A stretch of DNA of 64,000 bases from the human T2T-CHM13v2.0 reference genome, Homo sapiens. Position 1 is the first letter of the stretch. Every line of letters begins with the position of its first letter. The stretch is from the NCBI RefSeq assembly GCF_009914755.1, contig NC_060930.1, one strand, 5' to 3'. A program made the translations under genes and the position numbers. This document shows, one piece after another, positions 44,818-59,329 of this stretch. Under the pieces are notes generated by a model. It did no database searches and had not been told where the DNA came from. It saw only the letters and a program-made list of their open reading frames with translations.

Positions 44818-47393
44818 CTATAAGAAACTCACCAGGTATTTTAAATGATGGAGAAGTCAGGTAGTAATTTACTTTATGTACTGAATTTTCATTCATATAC
44901 TTGTTCATCTTCTACAATGTACATGATATAAATTGTACTTTGTCATAGCTCCTTTTATGCTGTTTTCACAGTATGCTGAATCCTTCTTATTCCACTTAAT
45001 GAGAGCCCTATAGACCTGCAGAAGTGGGCTTATCTCTTTTAGTGTGACACCTGGTATCAACACCTGTGACCTTTACTGCCACTTTTCCTTGAAGGTTGGT
45101 CGGTTAAGGTATAAAGGTAGGAAATAGATTGAGTTCCTGTAGGCTTCAGTGATGACACAGAATAGCATTGTTCATTTAATCAACAAATATCTGTTGAGCA
45201 GGAACTATGTCCCAGGAATGGTTCTAGGCACGAGGATTTATCAGTTAAGGAAACAAAACCCAGCGAAGTTTCTTGCTTTTAGGAGCTTATATTCTATATA
45301 AGAACGTTGTGTAGGAGTTCAGGGCTTAGAGGATGTTGCTGTTTTAGGTAGGGGGATCAGAAGTAGGCCTTGCTGAGGAGTGATGTTTGTGCTGCCTCTC
45401 CTTCCTCTTGTTGTTAGTGTGTGTTGCTTTATAGGAAGTGAGGAAATGGCCTTGTCATCTCAGAGCAACTTCAGTTTCCTTTGGTCTTGCTTTGTTTCTG
45501 AAGGCTGTCCTTCAAAACAATTATTTCTCTGACTTTCTCACCCTTGCTGCAGACCCTTGCTAATCCTTGAAACAAATGAGTCAGAAGCAACATGTGGTGA
45601 AAATCAGTATGCAAATATTTCACTGAGGGTTACTGCTGTTTAAAAGAATTCGATTTTTGCTATGACATTTAACAGTGCAGAATTTAAGCGTGTGCGTCAA
45701 CATTGGGGAAATAATACATGGTGAAGGTTGTATTTCATCTTCTCAGGGAGCTAACACTGTCCTGTTATTGTTTCAGTAGATTTTAGTTCCTGATTCAAAA
45801 CAGCATGGCTGCTTCTCATTTCTCTTTCAGCAAATTGAGGGTAGGAGTTAGTACAGTTAGCTTTTTCAGTCATCTAGATTCACACTTCCTCATTGTTAGG
45901 GAGTGCTCAAAAGCAGAGAGTCAAATGGCTGAATGTTTTTTGGTATCCCTCAATTTTGGATCCTTTTGCACCTAGAAACATTAACTTTCCCTGGCATCCT
46001 GTTACCTGTTACCTGTGAGCTGCCAAAATAGTAAGCGGTGTATGATTACATTAGTGTCTGTAAAATTGTAATTTGAATCAGATTCACCTGAAATACTCCT
46101 CTAACTTTCTTTTGGTTAGAGATTTATTTCTTGTTTTTAAAAAAATGACTTAAAATGTGTCTAATACTTCCCAGACTTTAATTTGCATCTGTATTCAGTA
46201 TCAAATGTTTTGTATTTTCGAGGCTGAAAAGAAATTTGTAACTTTTTCATATGCCACATACTACTGACTTCTACTTTTAAACAGAATTGGATGACATCTC
46301 CCAATTGCTTGTGCCTACCATATATTTAAAATGGTTTTACTGAGAACCACCCCCCTGCCCCTTTGACCGTGCCACCCTTTTGAGTGGAACATCTATTGCC
46401 CACAACCAGTGCTCTGAGGAACACTGCTTTAAATTATTTCATGTAGGTAATTCTTGATTTAAATAACATCCAGGGAAAGGAATGTGGTAGATGTTGTCTC
46501 AAATAAGCCATCAATATTATCTAGGTTCTTGTTAAAGGATGTTCTAGCTGTGAAGATGGTTTCTGCTAGACTGTTTGCTCAGTTTTAATATGCAGAATAA
46601 AGTGTAATATAAAGCAAGAGAAGCTGCATATACAGGAAAAATTGGGCATAGTTCTTACTGGCATGACTGACATCATAGAACATGAGGTGTATTACAGATC
46701 CAAAGAGGTTGATGTCTTGGGGTTACAGAGAAAAAGATGTAGCATAATTGCTTGTTCTATTTTGAAGGTTAAATATCTCAGGGATGTTTGTCTGTTTATG
46801 ACATGCAAAGAGTATCTGTCTCTCCCTTCCTCTCTTTTGCCTGTATATTTAAATAACCCAAATATGAAAATTCTAACTTTCCTTTTCTGGGTTTGCAATG
46901 CGTTCTTTCAGATAATGCCACATAATGTTAATTCAAGCGAAATAAATTCACAAGTCAGTTATCAAAGTAATGGAAATTTGTGAGTTTGCTCCCTTGTGTA
47001 CAATATTTGCTTCTGATTTATTTTAGAAGTGATTTCTGTCAGCCGTGAATTAAGGAATAGTGAAAACACAGTTGTTGCTTGTTTTTATAACTTAGATAAT
47101 TTCACCTGAAAAGAGTCGGTATGTTGGGCATGGCCTATTTACCTTTCAGATTAAATACAGGATGTGCTAAGCAAAAAGAAAATAAAGTCCAGCCATATTC
47201 TTGCCTTTTTTCCATTACGTTCTATTGGCTCTAGGTAGTTAGAACTCCTTTTACTATTCATTTCTTGGAGCCAAATGGATTTTCCAATGTTTAAAAAGTG
47301 AGAGGAAATATAAAACATTTTAGACCAAGCCGTTCTTTCCCTTGGGGCCTGTCGGGTGACCTTTAAGAAAAGCCCACAGTTGGTTTGGGAGAC

Positions 47394-47830
47394 CGTCTTA
47401 GTCCATTTTGTGTTGCTATAACAGAATACAGAGGCTAGGTAATTTATAAAGAAAAGAGGTTTATTTAGCTCACAGTTTTGCAGGTGGAAAGTTAGAGAAG
47501 CACGGTGCTGGCATCTACTTGGCTTCTGGTGAAGGTCTCATGCTAGGTCAAAACACAGCAGAGAAGGTCAAAGGGAAAGTGGACATGTGAAAAGAGACAA
47601 AACCCAAGGGGCATCCTGGCTTTATAAAAACTCACTCTGGCAGGAACTATTAAGAATTCATTCCCGCAAGAACTAATTCATTCTCGCCACAGCAAGAACT
47701 CAGCCACTACCTAGAGAGTGGCACCAAGCCATTCCCCAACTAGGTCCCACCTCCCAACACTACTACACTGGGGAAGAAATTTCAATGTGAATTTTGGTGG
47801 GGATAAACAAACCATATCCAAACCATAGCA
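47394..47830 (-). mobile_element. MSTC/MSTD-like MaLR solo LTR
   Basis: gtcttagtccattttgtgttgctataac...ccaaaccatagca; TSD gagac at 47389-47393 / 47831-47835. Confidence 0.85.
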
Positions 47831-47997
47831 GAGACATTTACAGTTTGGGAGGATTTGCAATGTGTATGTGCACACACAGTTTGGTAACTTTCAAATGAAG
47901 CATGAATCTGTGGTGGATCTTTCCTGGGTTCTAACTGTTATCTGCATTAGGAGAAAGTAATGCCACTTTCCTATTTCTACCTCTGTTTCTCCCTTGC

Positions 47998-48170
47998 AGT
48001 ATAGCATAGTGTGTTAGAATGCAGATATGGAGATAAGAAGACTCAGGCTCAAGTTCAGGCTTTGTCATTTGATGGTGTATGATTTGGGGCAAGTTGTTTG
48101 CCTTCTCTAGACTTTAGTTTCTTTGCCTGTAAGACGGAGGGAGGGAGGGGTTGACAATACCTACCTTTAT
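47998..48170 (+). mobile_element. MIR
   Basis: cagtatagcatagtg...ggggcaagttg...ttagtttctttgcctgtaa. Confidence 0.7.
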
Positions 48171-48863
48171 TTCCTAAGATCCATCAGTGTGCTGAGCTGT
48201 TACGTTCTTCAAAAAGATTTCAGAGAAAGGAAAGCCTATAATGATTTGACTGGCTTCCTCACTAGCCTTTTATAAAAAGGTGGTTATATAGGTAATTACA
48301 ACCTCACTGCTATTCTGAGATACTCAGAGATTAGCAGTTAGGATAGAGAGAAATGTCTCTTTTGGATTTGTTCAAAGTGTGGCTTTGAAATATTTAAACT
48401 AAATATCTAGAATTAGGACTTAACAGGGAAAAAAAAGTGCCAATACAACTTTGACAGTAAATAGATGAGCACATTTATGGTGGATATAAAAGATTCAGAT
48501 GAGAGGGTGTTTCAAAGTACCACATATTTAAGAATTTGCTTACTTCCAAGAACATAATAATATAATTACTTGTTGGCTTGATATGTTAGTCTAGTATCAT
48601 TTTAAGTACCTTTTATTGAGAATTCTCTGGAACCGCAAGAAATAATGAGGGATCTTACTCAAGGCCAATGCCACAGAACGATTCTCTGTCCCCTCTTCTG
48701 GTCATGAGACCTGCCAACCTTTCCCAAAGCTTTCAAATTCTCCAGCTCCAGATTCCCACGTCTTCTACTACTATTAAATGGGCCGAACTAAATTCTGCCA
48801 GTTCAAAGCACTGTATTATTCTGTTGGTTTCTGGTACCCAAATATGCTTGCTTGCAAGGTTAG

Positions 48864-49202
<339 letters not shown>

Positions 49203-49777
49203 GCAAGGTTAGTTTTATGCTTTCCCTTAACTTTGCTTGGGGTGGTTAGCAGTAAATCAGTGAATTTATCTTTGTTTGTGGAATAACTTCAATATACTCA
49301 CTGCTTATATCCATTAAGAGATTTAATGACAATACTATGGTGACTTTTGTATTTATTGGTCAAGTCACAGGTTTACAATGCCGATTTTATTGGCACTATA
49401 TTTTTCCACTGACAACGGAGCCACTGCAGGGTCAGATGGCATCTGTGGAAAAAGAGCAAACAGTAACAGCATGAGAAATGGATTAGAGATGACTCAAGGA
49501 GGAGCTGGCTTCCTGGACCTATGATCTCATCCATGCCTAATGCTTACCACTTACTTATTCAAGGAAAGTAGTAAAATGTGGCAAGAGAGGAAAGAACAGC
49601 AGAAGAAAACCATACTATTAAGGCCCTAATGTCTTTGTCATAGCATCATAGTCCTAGAATTGTAAGTGACCTTAGATCTTCTAGTTCCCCCACCCTCCTA
49701 ATGAAAGAAGTCATTTTCTGGGATGCCAGTATGGTTTGGCATTTAAGAGAATGGGTCTCAAGTTTGGTAGCTTAGGC

Positions 49778-50183
49778 TTTATTTATTCAACAAATATTTG
49801 CTGTGTCTTGCATAGTTCTGATGGTTTGAATATAGTGGTGAACGATCAGATTAAGCCCTGGTTTTCAAATAACTCAACTTTTCATATGAGACATAGATGC
49901 TAACAAGTAAATACAGAAGTCAGGTGATGGTTTGTGCTATGGAAAAATAGGGTGAGGGGGGTCAGGAGTGCTGTGGGGAAGAGGGACTTCTACTTTGTTA
50001 GATGATCAGGGAAGTCTCAGTGATAAGGTGTTATTTGAGCAGAGACCTGAAGGAAATGGGGAACAAGCCATACAGATATCTGGGAGAAGAGGGTTGTAGG
50101 CAGAGGGAAGCAGTATGGAGGTCTTAAGTTGGGAGTGTGCTTGGTGTATCCTGTTACAGCAAAGGAGGCTGGTGTGGCTGGAA

Positions 50184-50233
<50 letters not shown>

Positions 50234-51070
50234 GGGAAGTAGTAGGAGATGAAGGCTAAGTCCCATGATCTTCTCTCTGCAAGCTGGAGACCCAGGAGAA
50301 CCAGTGGTGTATTTCCAGTCCAAGTCTGAAGGCTTGAGAACTAAGAGAGCCAATGGTATAAGTCCCAGTCCGAGGGCAGGAGAAAACTGATGTCCCAGCT
50401 CAGGCAGTCAGGCAGGGAGACGAATTCTTTCCTCCTTTTGTTCTTTTTAGGCCCTTAATGGATTGGATGATGCCTGCTCGCAATGGGGAGGGTAAACTGC
50501 TTTACTCAGTTTACCGATGCAAGTGCTGATTGTATTAGTCTGTTTTCACACTGCTATAAAGAATACCTGAGATCTATAAAGGAAGGAGGTTTAATTGACT
50601 CACAGTTCTGCATGGATGGGGAGGCCTCAGGAAACTTACAATCATGGTGGAAGGGGAAGCAGCCACGTCTTACATAGTAGCAGGCGAGAAAGAGAGCACC
50701 ACACTTATCAAACAACCAGATCTCGTGAGAATTCACTATCATGGGAACAGCATGGGGGATACTGCCCCTATAATCTAGTCACCTCCCACCAGGTCCCTCC
50801 CTCAACATCTGGGGGTTATATTTCAAGATGAGATTTGGGTGGGGACACAGAGCCAAGCTATATCACTGATCTTATCCAGAAACACACACACACATGCCCG
50901 GAAATGAGGCATATAGGAGGCATCCTGTGGCCAAGATGACACACAAAATTAACCTTTATGCATAGAGAATAAACTACAGGGGCCAGGGTGAAAGCAAGAA
51001 GACTACTTAGAAGGCAAACGTAATAATCCAGGCCAGAGATGATAGTGGCCTCGACCAGCAGATGGTAGGG
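49778..51070 (-). mobile_element. L2 containing (GT)n (50186-50231), MLT2B-like LTR (~50258-50955) and nested MSTA
   Basis: L2 3' end ttattcaacaaatatttg; MLT2B-like gcaagctggagacccagg...cacaaaattaacc. Confidence 0.75.
50531..50865 (-). mobile_element. MSTA/THE1D-like solo LTR
   Basis: tgtattagtctgttttcacactgc...gctatatca; perfect TSD ctgat. Confidence 0.88.
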
Positions 51071-51689
51071 GTTAATGTCTTTGGGCAGTCTATTGGGTCA
51101 TTTTCTTTCATGTAATATAGGGATAATAAGAAATCATCTCACAAGATTATATAGAAGATTACAGTAGATAATCTAGATAAATTACTTAGTACACTGCCAG
51201 AATACAGCTAGCATATTTAGCTCTACTCTTTTTAGTGTGGTCATCTAGCTTTTGACTGATAATTTCCAGGATTGGGACATACCATAGTACTGACTATTCA
51301 ATTATTGGAAATTTCTAAATTGAAACCATCTTTGCTCTACATTCATTTGAAACTGGTTTCTATGTAAATTCTAACTATTAGCGTTACTTCCACTCTCTAA
51401 AATAAAATTGGTTAGAATCTAATTTTACTATTCCTGGTTGAAATCTAATTCTACTCACTAGCTGCATATTATTTGAATGAAGGTTATCTTTTTTTTAGAG
51501 GGCGGACGTCAGATTACTCATGAAAAATTCTCCTATAGTGCTCAGTCCAATGTAGGAAATAGTGAGCTATCTAGTAGTGAGATAAGTAGGCCTGCTACTA
51601 GTTCCAATTCTGTCAATAACTCTATGACTCGAATCAAGTTATTTCTCTAGAATTTCCTCATTTGTAAAAATGGTGGCTTGGTTTGGAAT

Positions 51690-52008
51690 TTTTCTTTTTC
51701 TTTCTTTTTCTTTTTTTTTTTTTTTCCAGACAGAATCTCATTTTGTTGCCCAGGCTGGAGTACAGTGGTGCGATCTCAGCTCACTGTGACCTTTGCCTCC
51801 TGGGTTCAAGTGATTTTCCTGCCTTAGCCTCCTGAGTAGCTGGGATTATAGGTGCCTGCCACCATGCCCGGCTAATTTTTGTACTTTTAATAGAGATGGG
51901 GTTTCACCATGTTGGCCAGCCTGGTCTGGAACTCCTGACCTCAAGTGTTCCTCCCGCCTTGGCCTCCCAAAGTGCTGGGATTACAGATGTGAGCCACTGT
52001 ACCCAGCC
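51690..52008 (-). mobile_element. AluSx/Sz
   Basis: Full dimer, antisense in intron 2. Confidence 0.92.
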
Positions 52009-52241
52009 TGAGATTTTTCTAAAACCATGATTTCTTTTTCTTCATCATTTTCTCTTCTTTAAGCTGAGAATCCTCAATTACTTTAACCAGCCAAATTGTT
52101 TTCCTATGGGAGGTTTCAGTTTGGTAAGGAAGATATATCATTCATCTTACTAGTTACTATTTTAATATGCATTTATCTTCTACATTTAGGTCCTGTAATC
52201 AAATTAGCATGATCTTATTCTATTTTGGATGGAAACATGAC

Positions 52242-52600
52242 TGTAGTGGAAACTGTGGCATTCACTCGGATCCCTCTTCAGGGCAATGTTTCTATCCTCC
52301 ATTTCCCAGGGACTGGCTTATGGAACAATGACTGATTGCTACAGGGATATAAAGGTCTTTCCCTTTCAGCTTAATGAGGTGCCACTGCGAAGGGCCCTTC
52401 CTACCTTGAGAGTACCCTGTTAGAATGTAGGGCCAGATCAGACCCTGGCTGCAGCTGCATGGCGGGTCAGGATCTCCCTCTGCCCACTTCTATTCGCCTT
52501 ACTTCCTTATAGGCATGACTTTGGTGAGAGTATACCCCATACTCTTCTAAATGGAATTCTCCATCCCTGAATCAATTTCTAGGGAACACAGTTAAAGACA
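52242..52600 (+). mobile_element. LTR16-like ERVL LTR
   Basis: tgtagtggaaactgtgg...ggatccctcttcaggg...ctagggaacacagttaaagaca. Confidence 0.6.
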
Positions 52601-52826
52601 CAAATCCGTGAATTATTATTTTTCTTCTGGTAATGCCTCCACCTATATAGTCCAGAAAAGTGTTTTTTTTTTTTCTCTGCAAAATGAGCATCTCATGACC
52701 TTTACAGGGTCTGCCTTTCATCCCATTGCCTCTAAGTTAACTAATAAAGTGTGATATATTCCTTAAGTGTGTTATATTCCTGCTTTATTAGTATATTTAC
52801 ACAATTCTATAGAAACTGGAAAATTT

Positions 52827-53197
<371 letters not shown>

Positions 53198-53241
53198 TTA
53201 AGAAATACTAACTTATGCCCTCCCCCACCCTCTTGGGTTGA

Positions 53242-53652
<411 letters not shown>

Positions 53653-53999
53653 TAAGGGGTGATGTTATAATGTGGAACAGAATTTTATTTCTTTTTACAA
53701 AGGAAGTTATGAAAAGATAGTTTGGTGATCTGTGCTTGTATGTTGTGTAGACTTTTCCCCCCTTAAGCATGCCTTTGCCAAAGTTTAATTCTTCAAACCA
53801 CATATCAGAATGTAATAGGCTGGCCAAACATGCAAATCATGACCAGAGAGCAGGCAAAAGTTGGTTTCTGATGAGAGAACTTTTCCATTGTTGCCACTAA
53901 GTCACCAAAGTTTATGTATTTCTTCTTTTGAAGTTGCACCCTTATTCCAATATTCTCTAAGTCTATTCCCACCTTTGTCCAGACTCTACTGATCCATTT

Positions 54000-54530
54000 G
54001 GTACTAGTGTGTGCCAGGCATGGTGTTAATTGTGGAGCAAGTGGCAGTCATCAGACACAACCAGCCCTGCTGTTATGTGGGCAGTAGACCCTCTGATAAA
54101 GGAAGTACAATGTGTTATAAAGCATACAGAAACCCACCTAAAATAGACTCAGGGAGGTAGGAGGTTTCCTAAGGGCTGAGACTGAAAGATAATAGGGATT
54201 GCTTGATGGCATTGTTGATGGGGCTGTGGGTGAGAACAGTGCTCCAGGGAAAAGAGGCCAGCCACATGTGAGAACACAGAATCAGGGAAGAGTGACCTGC
54301 TGAGGAACCAAACCGGAAGATGTTCCTGGGACACATTGTTGGAAGTGTGGGTGTGCTCAGGCAGGAGGCCAGAGAGGCAAGCAGAGACTAGATGGAGGGC
54401 CTGGTATGCTGTGTTAAAAAAACATTATGGAGCCACTGGAAGGCTTTGTTTGGGAATGAGATAGGGAGGATGGCGTCGGTACAGGATAGAGAATGGACTG
54501 AAAGTGGGCAAGGCTGGAGCAGGAGGAGGG
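54000..54530 (-). mobile_element. L2 fragment
   Basis: tgtgccaggcatggtgtt...ggagccactggaaggcttt. Confidence 0.65.
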
Positions 54531-54582
54531 AACCATGGCAGGCTGAAGCAGAGCTCGGAGAACAATGTCCTTATCAACTTAG

Positions 54583-55002
<420 letters not shown>

Positions 55003-55186
55003 GTGAAAGTACATTTTTAAAAATCATGGCTAGTACTCATAGAAGAAATAGGACCCTGAAAGTACAAAATAATCATGTTTCAGGTCTCTCTTGGTTTATT
55101 AAATTGAAGATAATTTTTAATTATAAATGTAACACATGCTAATTTAAAAATAAACCAAAAAACCTCAAAAAGCATGTGCATGAGTC

Positions 55187-55187
55187 A

Positions 55188-55237
<50 letters not shown>

Positions 55238-55509
55238 GAGACGGAGTTGTGCCCTGTCGCTCAGGGTGGAGTACAGTGGTGTGATCTCGGCTCATTGCAA
55301 TCTCTGCTTCCTGGGTTCAAGTGATTCTTCTGCCTCAGCCTCCCAAGTAGCTGGGATTACAAACATGCGCCACCGCACCCAACTAATTTTTGTATTTTTA
55401 GTACAGAGGGGGTTGGCCAGGCTGGTCTCGAGCTCCTGACCTCAGGTGATCTGTCCACCTCAGCCTCCCAAAGTGCTGGGATTACAGGCGTGAGCCACCA
55501 CGCCCAGCC
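55187..55509 (-). mobile_element. AluSx with (TA)n + T tail
   Basis: Full dimer with a small deletion in the left arm. Confidence 0.9.
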
Positions 55510-55539
55510 CACCTGTACTTTCTTCTAGACTCTTTCCCT

Positions 55540-56040
55540 GTGTACTTACGCACATCACTTAATAGAGAAATGGGATCTTTAACTACAGATACTTTTAACT
55601 TGAGTTTTACAAACATAGTACATTGTGGACAAGTTTCTGTGCAAAAATATACAGACCAACCTTCCTTTTTAAGTATTGTATAGTGTTCTATGATATGGTT
55701 GTATGAAAATTTATTTAACTGGGCCCCTCCTAAATAATGGATTTTAAGGTTGTTTCTAGTTTTTGCTATTATGAATACATTTTTTTTACTTATATAAATG
55801 TGAAAATACCTGTCCTTAGGATAACTTTTTAGAAATAGAATTGCCTAACCAAAATAGATGTACATTTTAAATCAGTATGTGTTACCAAATTACTGTTCCA
55901 AACTGTTGCACCAGCTTGGCAACTCCACCAACAGAGTAGGAACAGAGGCCTCTCTTTTGACACTCCGGGTATTTTCCAACTTTTCACCTTCTGTAATCTG
56001 GTATGTGAAAAGAACATATCTCATGGTTTAATCCATACTT
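55540..56040 (-). mobile_element. L1ME-type 3' fragment
   Basis: ggttgtttctagtttttgctattatgaat...ttgcaccagcttggcaactccaccaacag. Confidence 0.65.
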
Positions 56041-58616
56041 CCTCTTTTTAGGAGGAAGCAAATTGTTGTAAGAGAAGCTCATCTCATGAATCTATCTTTA
56101 AAAAACATACAGTATGCTCAGTGCCAGTATAGTTTCAACTGATTTTATACCTTGGTATTAATAGTAATCAAGTTAGAAAAAAATGGGCCATATCTAGAAA
56201 AGTATATTACACATAGAAGACATGAATGAATGAAAAAATGGTGGTGTTCAGACTGAGGGAGATGCCTTATCACACAAAAAATTCATGTCCAGTGACAAAA
56301 TGTTACTAAGTAGGTAAAGGAGGTTTAAAAAATTTAGGCAAGTTGAAAAAGGGTGGTGAGTTAACTAGAAAATTCAGTTTTTTAAAATCCCATTTTCTGT
56401 ATATTTCAGTTCATTAAAGATTGGTTATATAAGGCTTATCTATGTGGATTCCAGATATGCAGTGTACCCCTTGGAATCAGGTGAGACACAGTGCCTCATT
56501 TCCATGGAAATACATGGCTCTGTGTTAACTGAAAGCCTCCATGGTTTTGAATCATTTCCCACCCACAGTAAGGAGGTCTTTTTGGTTTGACTCTTCTGGA
56601 AAATATGTGTGAGGTATTTACTACATGAATGTAGGGTATTTTTTCAATCTGCTTAAACCTCATTTTATTCATCTGTTTAAAAAAATTACGGAAGGAAAAG
56701 CAAGGGCATTTGAGTACCTTTCATATAATATGTAATATGCAAGGGTACTATTTTTTCCCCCATTTACTCTTCCAGTTTACAGATAAACCAATTCAGAGTT
56801 AAATAACTTGCCCAGGATCTGTAATGTTAATCCCTACATCATAGTGTCGTTTGGAAGAAATAAAAACAAGCTCTGTGAAAATATATAATGTATGGCCTAG
56901 CACATAGTATGTGGTTCCTAAATTTTTTTTGTTAGCATGAAAATGGATGAAGGCCCATATTTGGCTTTTGTGATCTTAACCTGAAATGTCTAAAGCTTGA
57001 CAATAGCCTATAAAATGCAAAATTGACAACTGGCTACTGATTTTATATACGTAAAAGTTTAGTCAGTACAAAACAAATGTAAAGAACTACTGGTTTAAAA
57101 AATCCAAGGAGTTTTTCAGAGAACAGAAAGTATGTAATCAGAATATAGTGGTGGCCATGGCCTCATATTAGAGATTGAGCATGAACATGAGTGTTCTGTG
57201 AACTTTCCACTGTGTGATTTCGGGTAAGTTATTTGAGGAAACCAAGGCCGAGACATTCAGAGGTCTGATTTACACAACTGGAAGTTCCCAGTGCATTTAG
57301 CATATTTTCAGATGTTGAAACTGAAGTCAAGGTTCAAGGCCAGGCATTCTGCCTCAATGACTGATGTTCTCCCACCCTCCAGGCGCATTGTGTCTGTGGA
57401 AGTTACTGGTGTTCTTAAGAGGACCTCAGTCTGACGGTTGTTTCCAAGTGATTCTTCTGTGTTGAGGGTGTTTAATGCATGGGTTACTGCAGAGCACAGA
57501 GACCTTTTCTGCAAATGGAAAAAAATATTATAGCTTAACATCTGCTTTCCCTAGGTAATGTGTTAATTAAAGATTGTTTTAATATGGAATGATGTCTAGC
57601 CTTTGAAAAACTTTATCTTACGGTTTATGGTATTGATAACCTTCAGAAAAGGAAGACTGGTTCAAATTATGTCAATTAATATGAAAAAAGCCCACTCAAT
57701 ATGAAGCCCCTTGACTTCTAAAAACTTGCTTTTTAGAAAATGTTAAAAAAAATTCCAGGTTTTGCAGGATAAATCCTCGGGGGAATATTGTGAGGTGAGG
57801 AATAGTCGTGGTCTTGATGCAATGTAACTTATAATTAGAAAGATGCTGATTTTGCTGTGGAGTCATTGAATATCATTATTTCAAAATAATTTTGAATAAA
57901 ATGAGATTTCTAATAACCAACCTAGTCATTGTCCAACCTTTTCTACTTTTTCAGAGTTCAGTTCTCTTAAATCTAAGAGATTCTCTTTTGTAATGTAGCT
58001 CAAGAGGAAGTTTAAGGGTTAGGTCTATTCTTAACTGATGTCCCTTGTTCCTATCATTCCATGTATAGAAATAATATCTTCTTGAGGAAACTGTTAAGCG
58101 TCACTCTTTCCCAACTTTTGGGTCATTAATATGAGCTATTTTGCATGCTGGCTTTGTAGGTTATATCCTGTAGGAAAAAATGTTGGTGATGAGTTAGCTT
58201 TATTCTGTCACTTATACAGTGTTAATATTCTTTTAAAATTTCAAAAATTCAGATAGTTATTAATATTGCTACCACTAGTTTTATTTAAAAATGTTTTAAT
58301 TTGTATAGATACGTAGTAGGTATATATATGATTAGTTTTAATTAAGATATTATTTCATTATAATTTATTCAAACTGGTTTAAATACTGAGACAGATTTTA
58401 TTTAAAATATAGGATTTCTGCTTTTAAGCAGTATTAAAATCTGAGATTTGATGAATGGTATAAATTTTATCTTTTGCTTTTAGTTTTAAAATATTGTACA
58501 ACATCCTGTTTCTATTCTTGAAGGTGAAAAAGAACAAAAACTTTTAAAAAGATGGAAAAAATTGTACAACAGTTTGTTATGAAACAAGATAAAGATTTTT
58601 ACAACAAATACCTGTA

Positions 58617-58930
58617 GAGTTATCCCTTGGTATCTTCAGGATATTGGTTCCAAGCCCCTTCCCACTCCCCACCCCAAAGATACCCAAATTCATGAATGCT
58701 CAAGTCCCTTATATAGAATGGTGTAGTATTTGCATGTAACCTATGTACATCCTCCCATATACTTTAAATCATCTTTAGGTAACTTATAATATCTAATACA
58801 ATGTAAATCTATATAAATGGGTTTTCTACTGTATTTTTTGTGTATTTCTTATTGTGATTTTAAAAATATATTTTCTGTCCGTGGTTGGTTGAATCCATGG
58901 ATGTGAAATCTGAGGACGGGGGGCTGACCG
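58617..58930. mobile_element. MER2 (TcMar-Tigger MITE)
   Basis: TA flanks; gatattggttcc...tgctcaagtcccttata...ggttggttgaatcc. Confidence 0.85.
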
Positions 58931-58953
58931 TATACCAACTATCTCTTAGATTG

Positions 58954-59329
58954 TGCCTAAGTCCTTTTGTGTTGATATAACAAAATACGCGAGACTAGGT
59001 AATTTATCAACAACAGAAATCCACTACTCATAGTTCTGAAGGCTGGAAAGTCCAACATCAACGTGCTGGCAGGATTGGTGTCCCGTGATGGCGGCTCTCT
59101 GCTTCCAAGATGGCGTCTTACTGTTGCTTCCTCTGGAGGGGAGAAATTCTGTGTCCTCACGTGACAGAAGAGATGGAAGGGCAAGAGAGCACTCCCTTTA
59201 ACCTTGAGCCCTTTCATAAGGGTGCCAGTTCCATTCATGAGAGTGGGGTCTTCGTGACTTAATCACCTCCCGTGGGGGTTCAGTTTTAACGTAAATTTTG
59301 AAGGGGACACCATCATTCAAATCATAGCG
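58954..59329 (-). mobile_element. MLT1A/MSTD-like MaLR LTR
   Basis: TSD gattg/gattc; actaggtaatttatcaacaacagaaat...cattcaaatcatagc. Confidence 0.8.
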
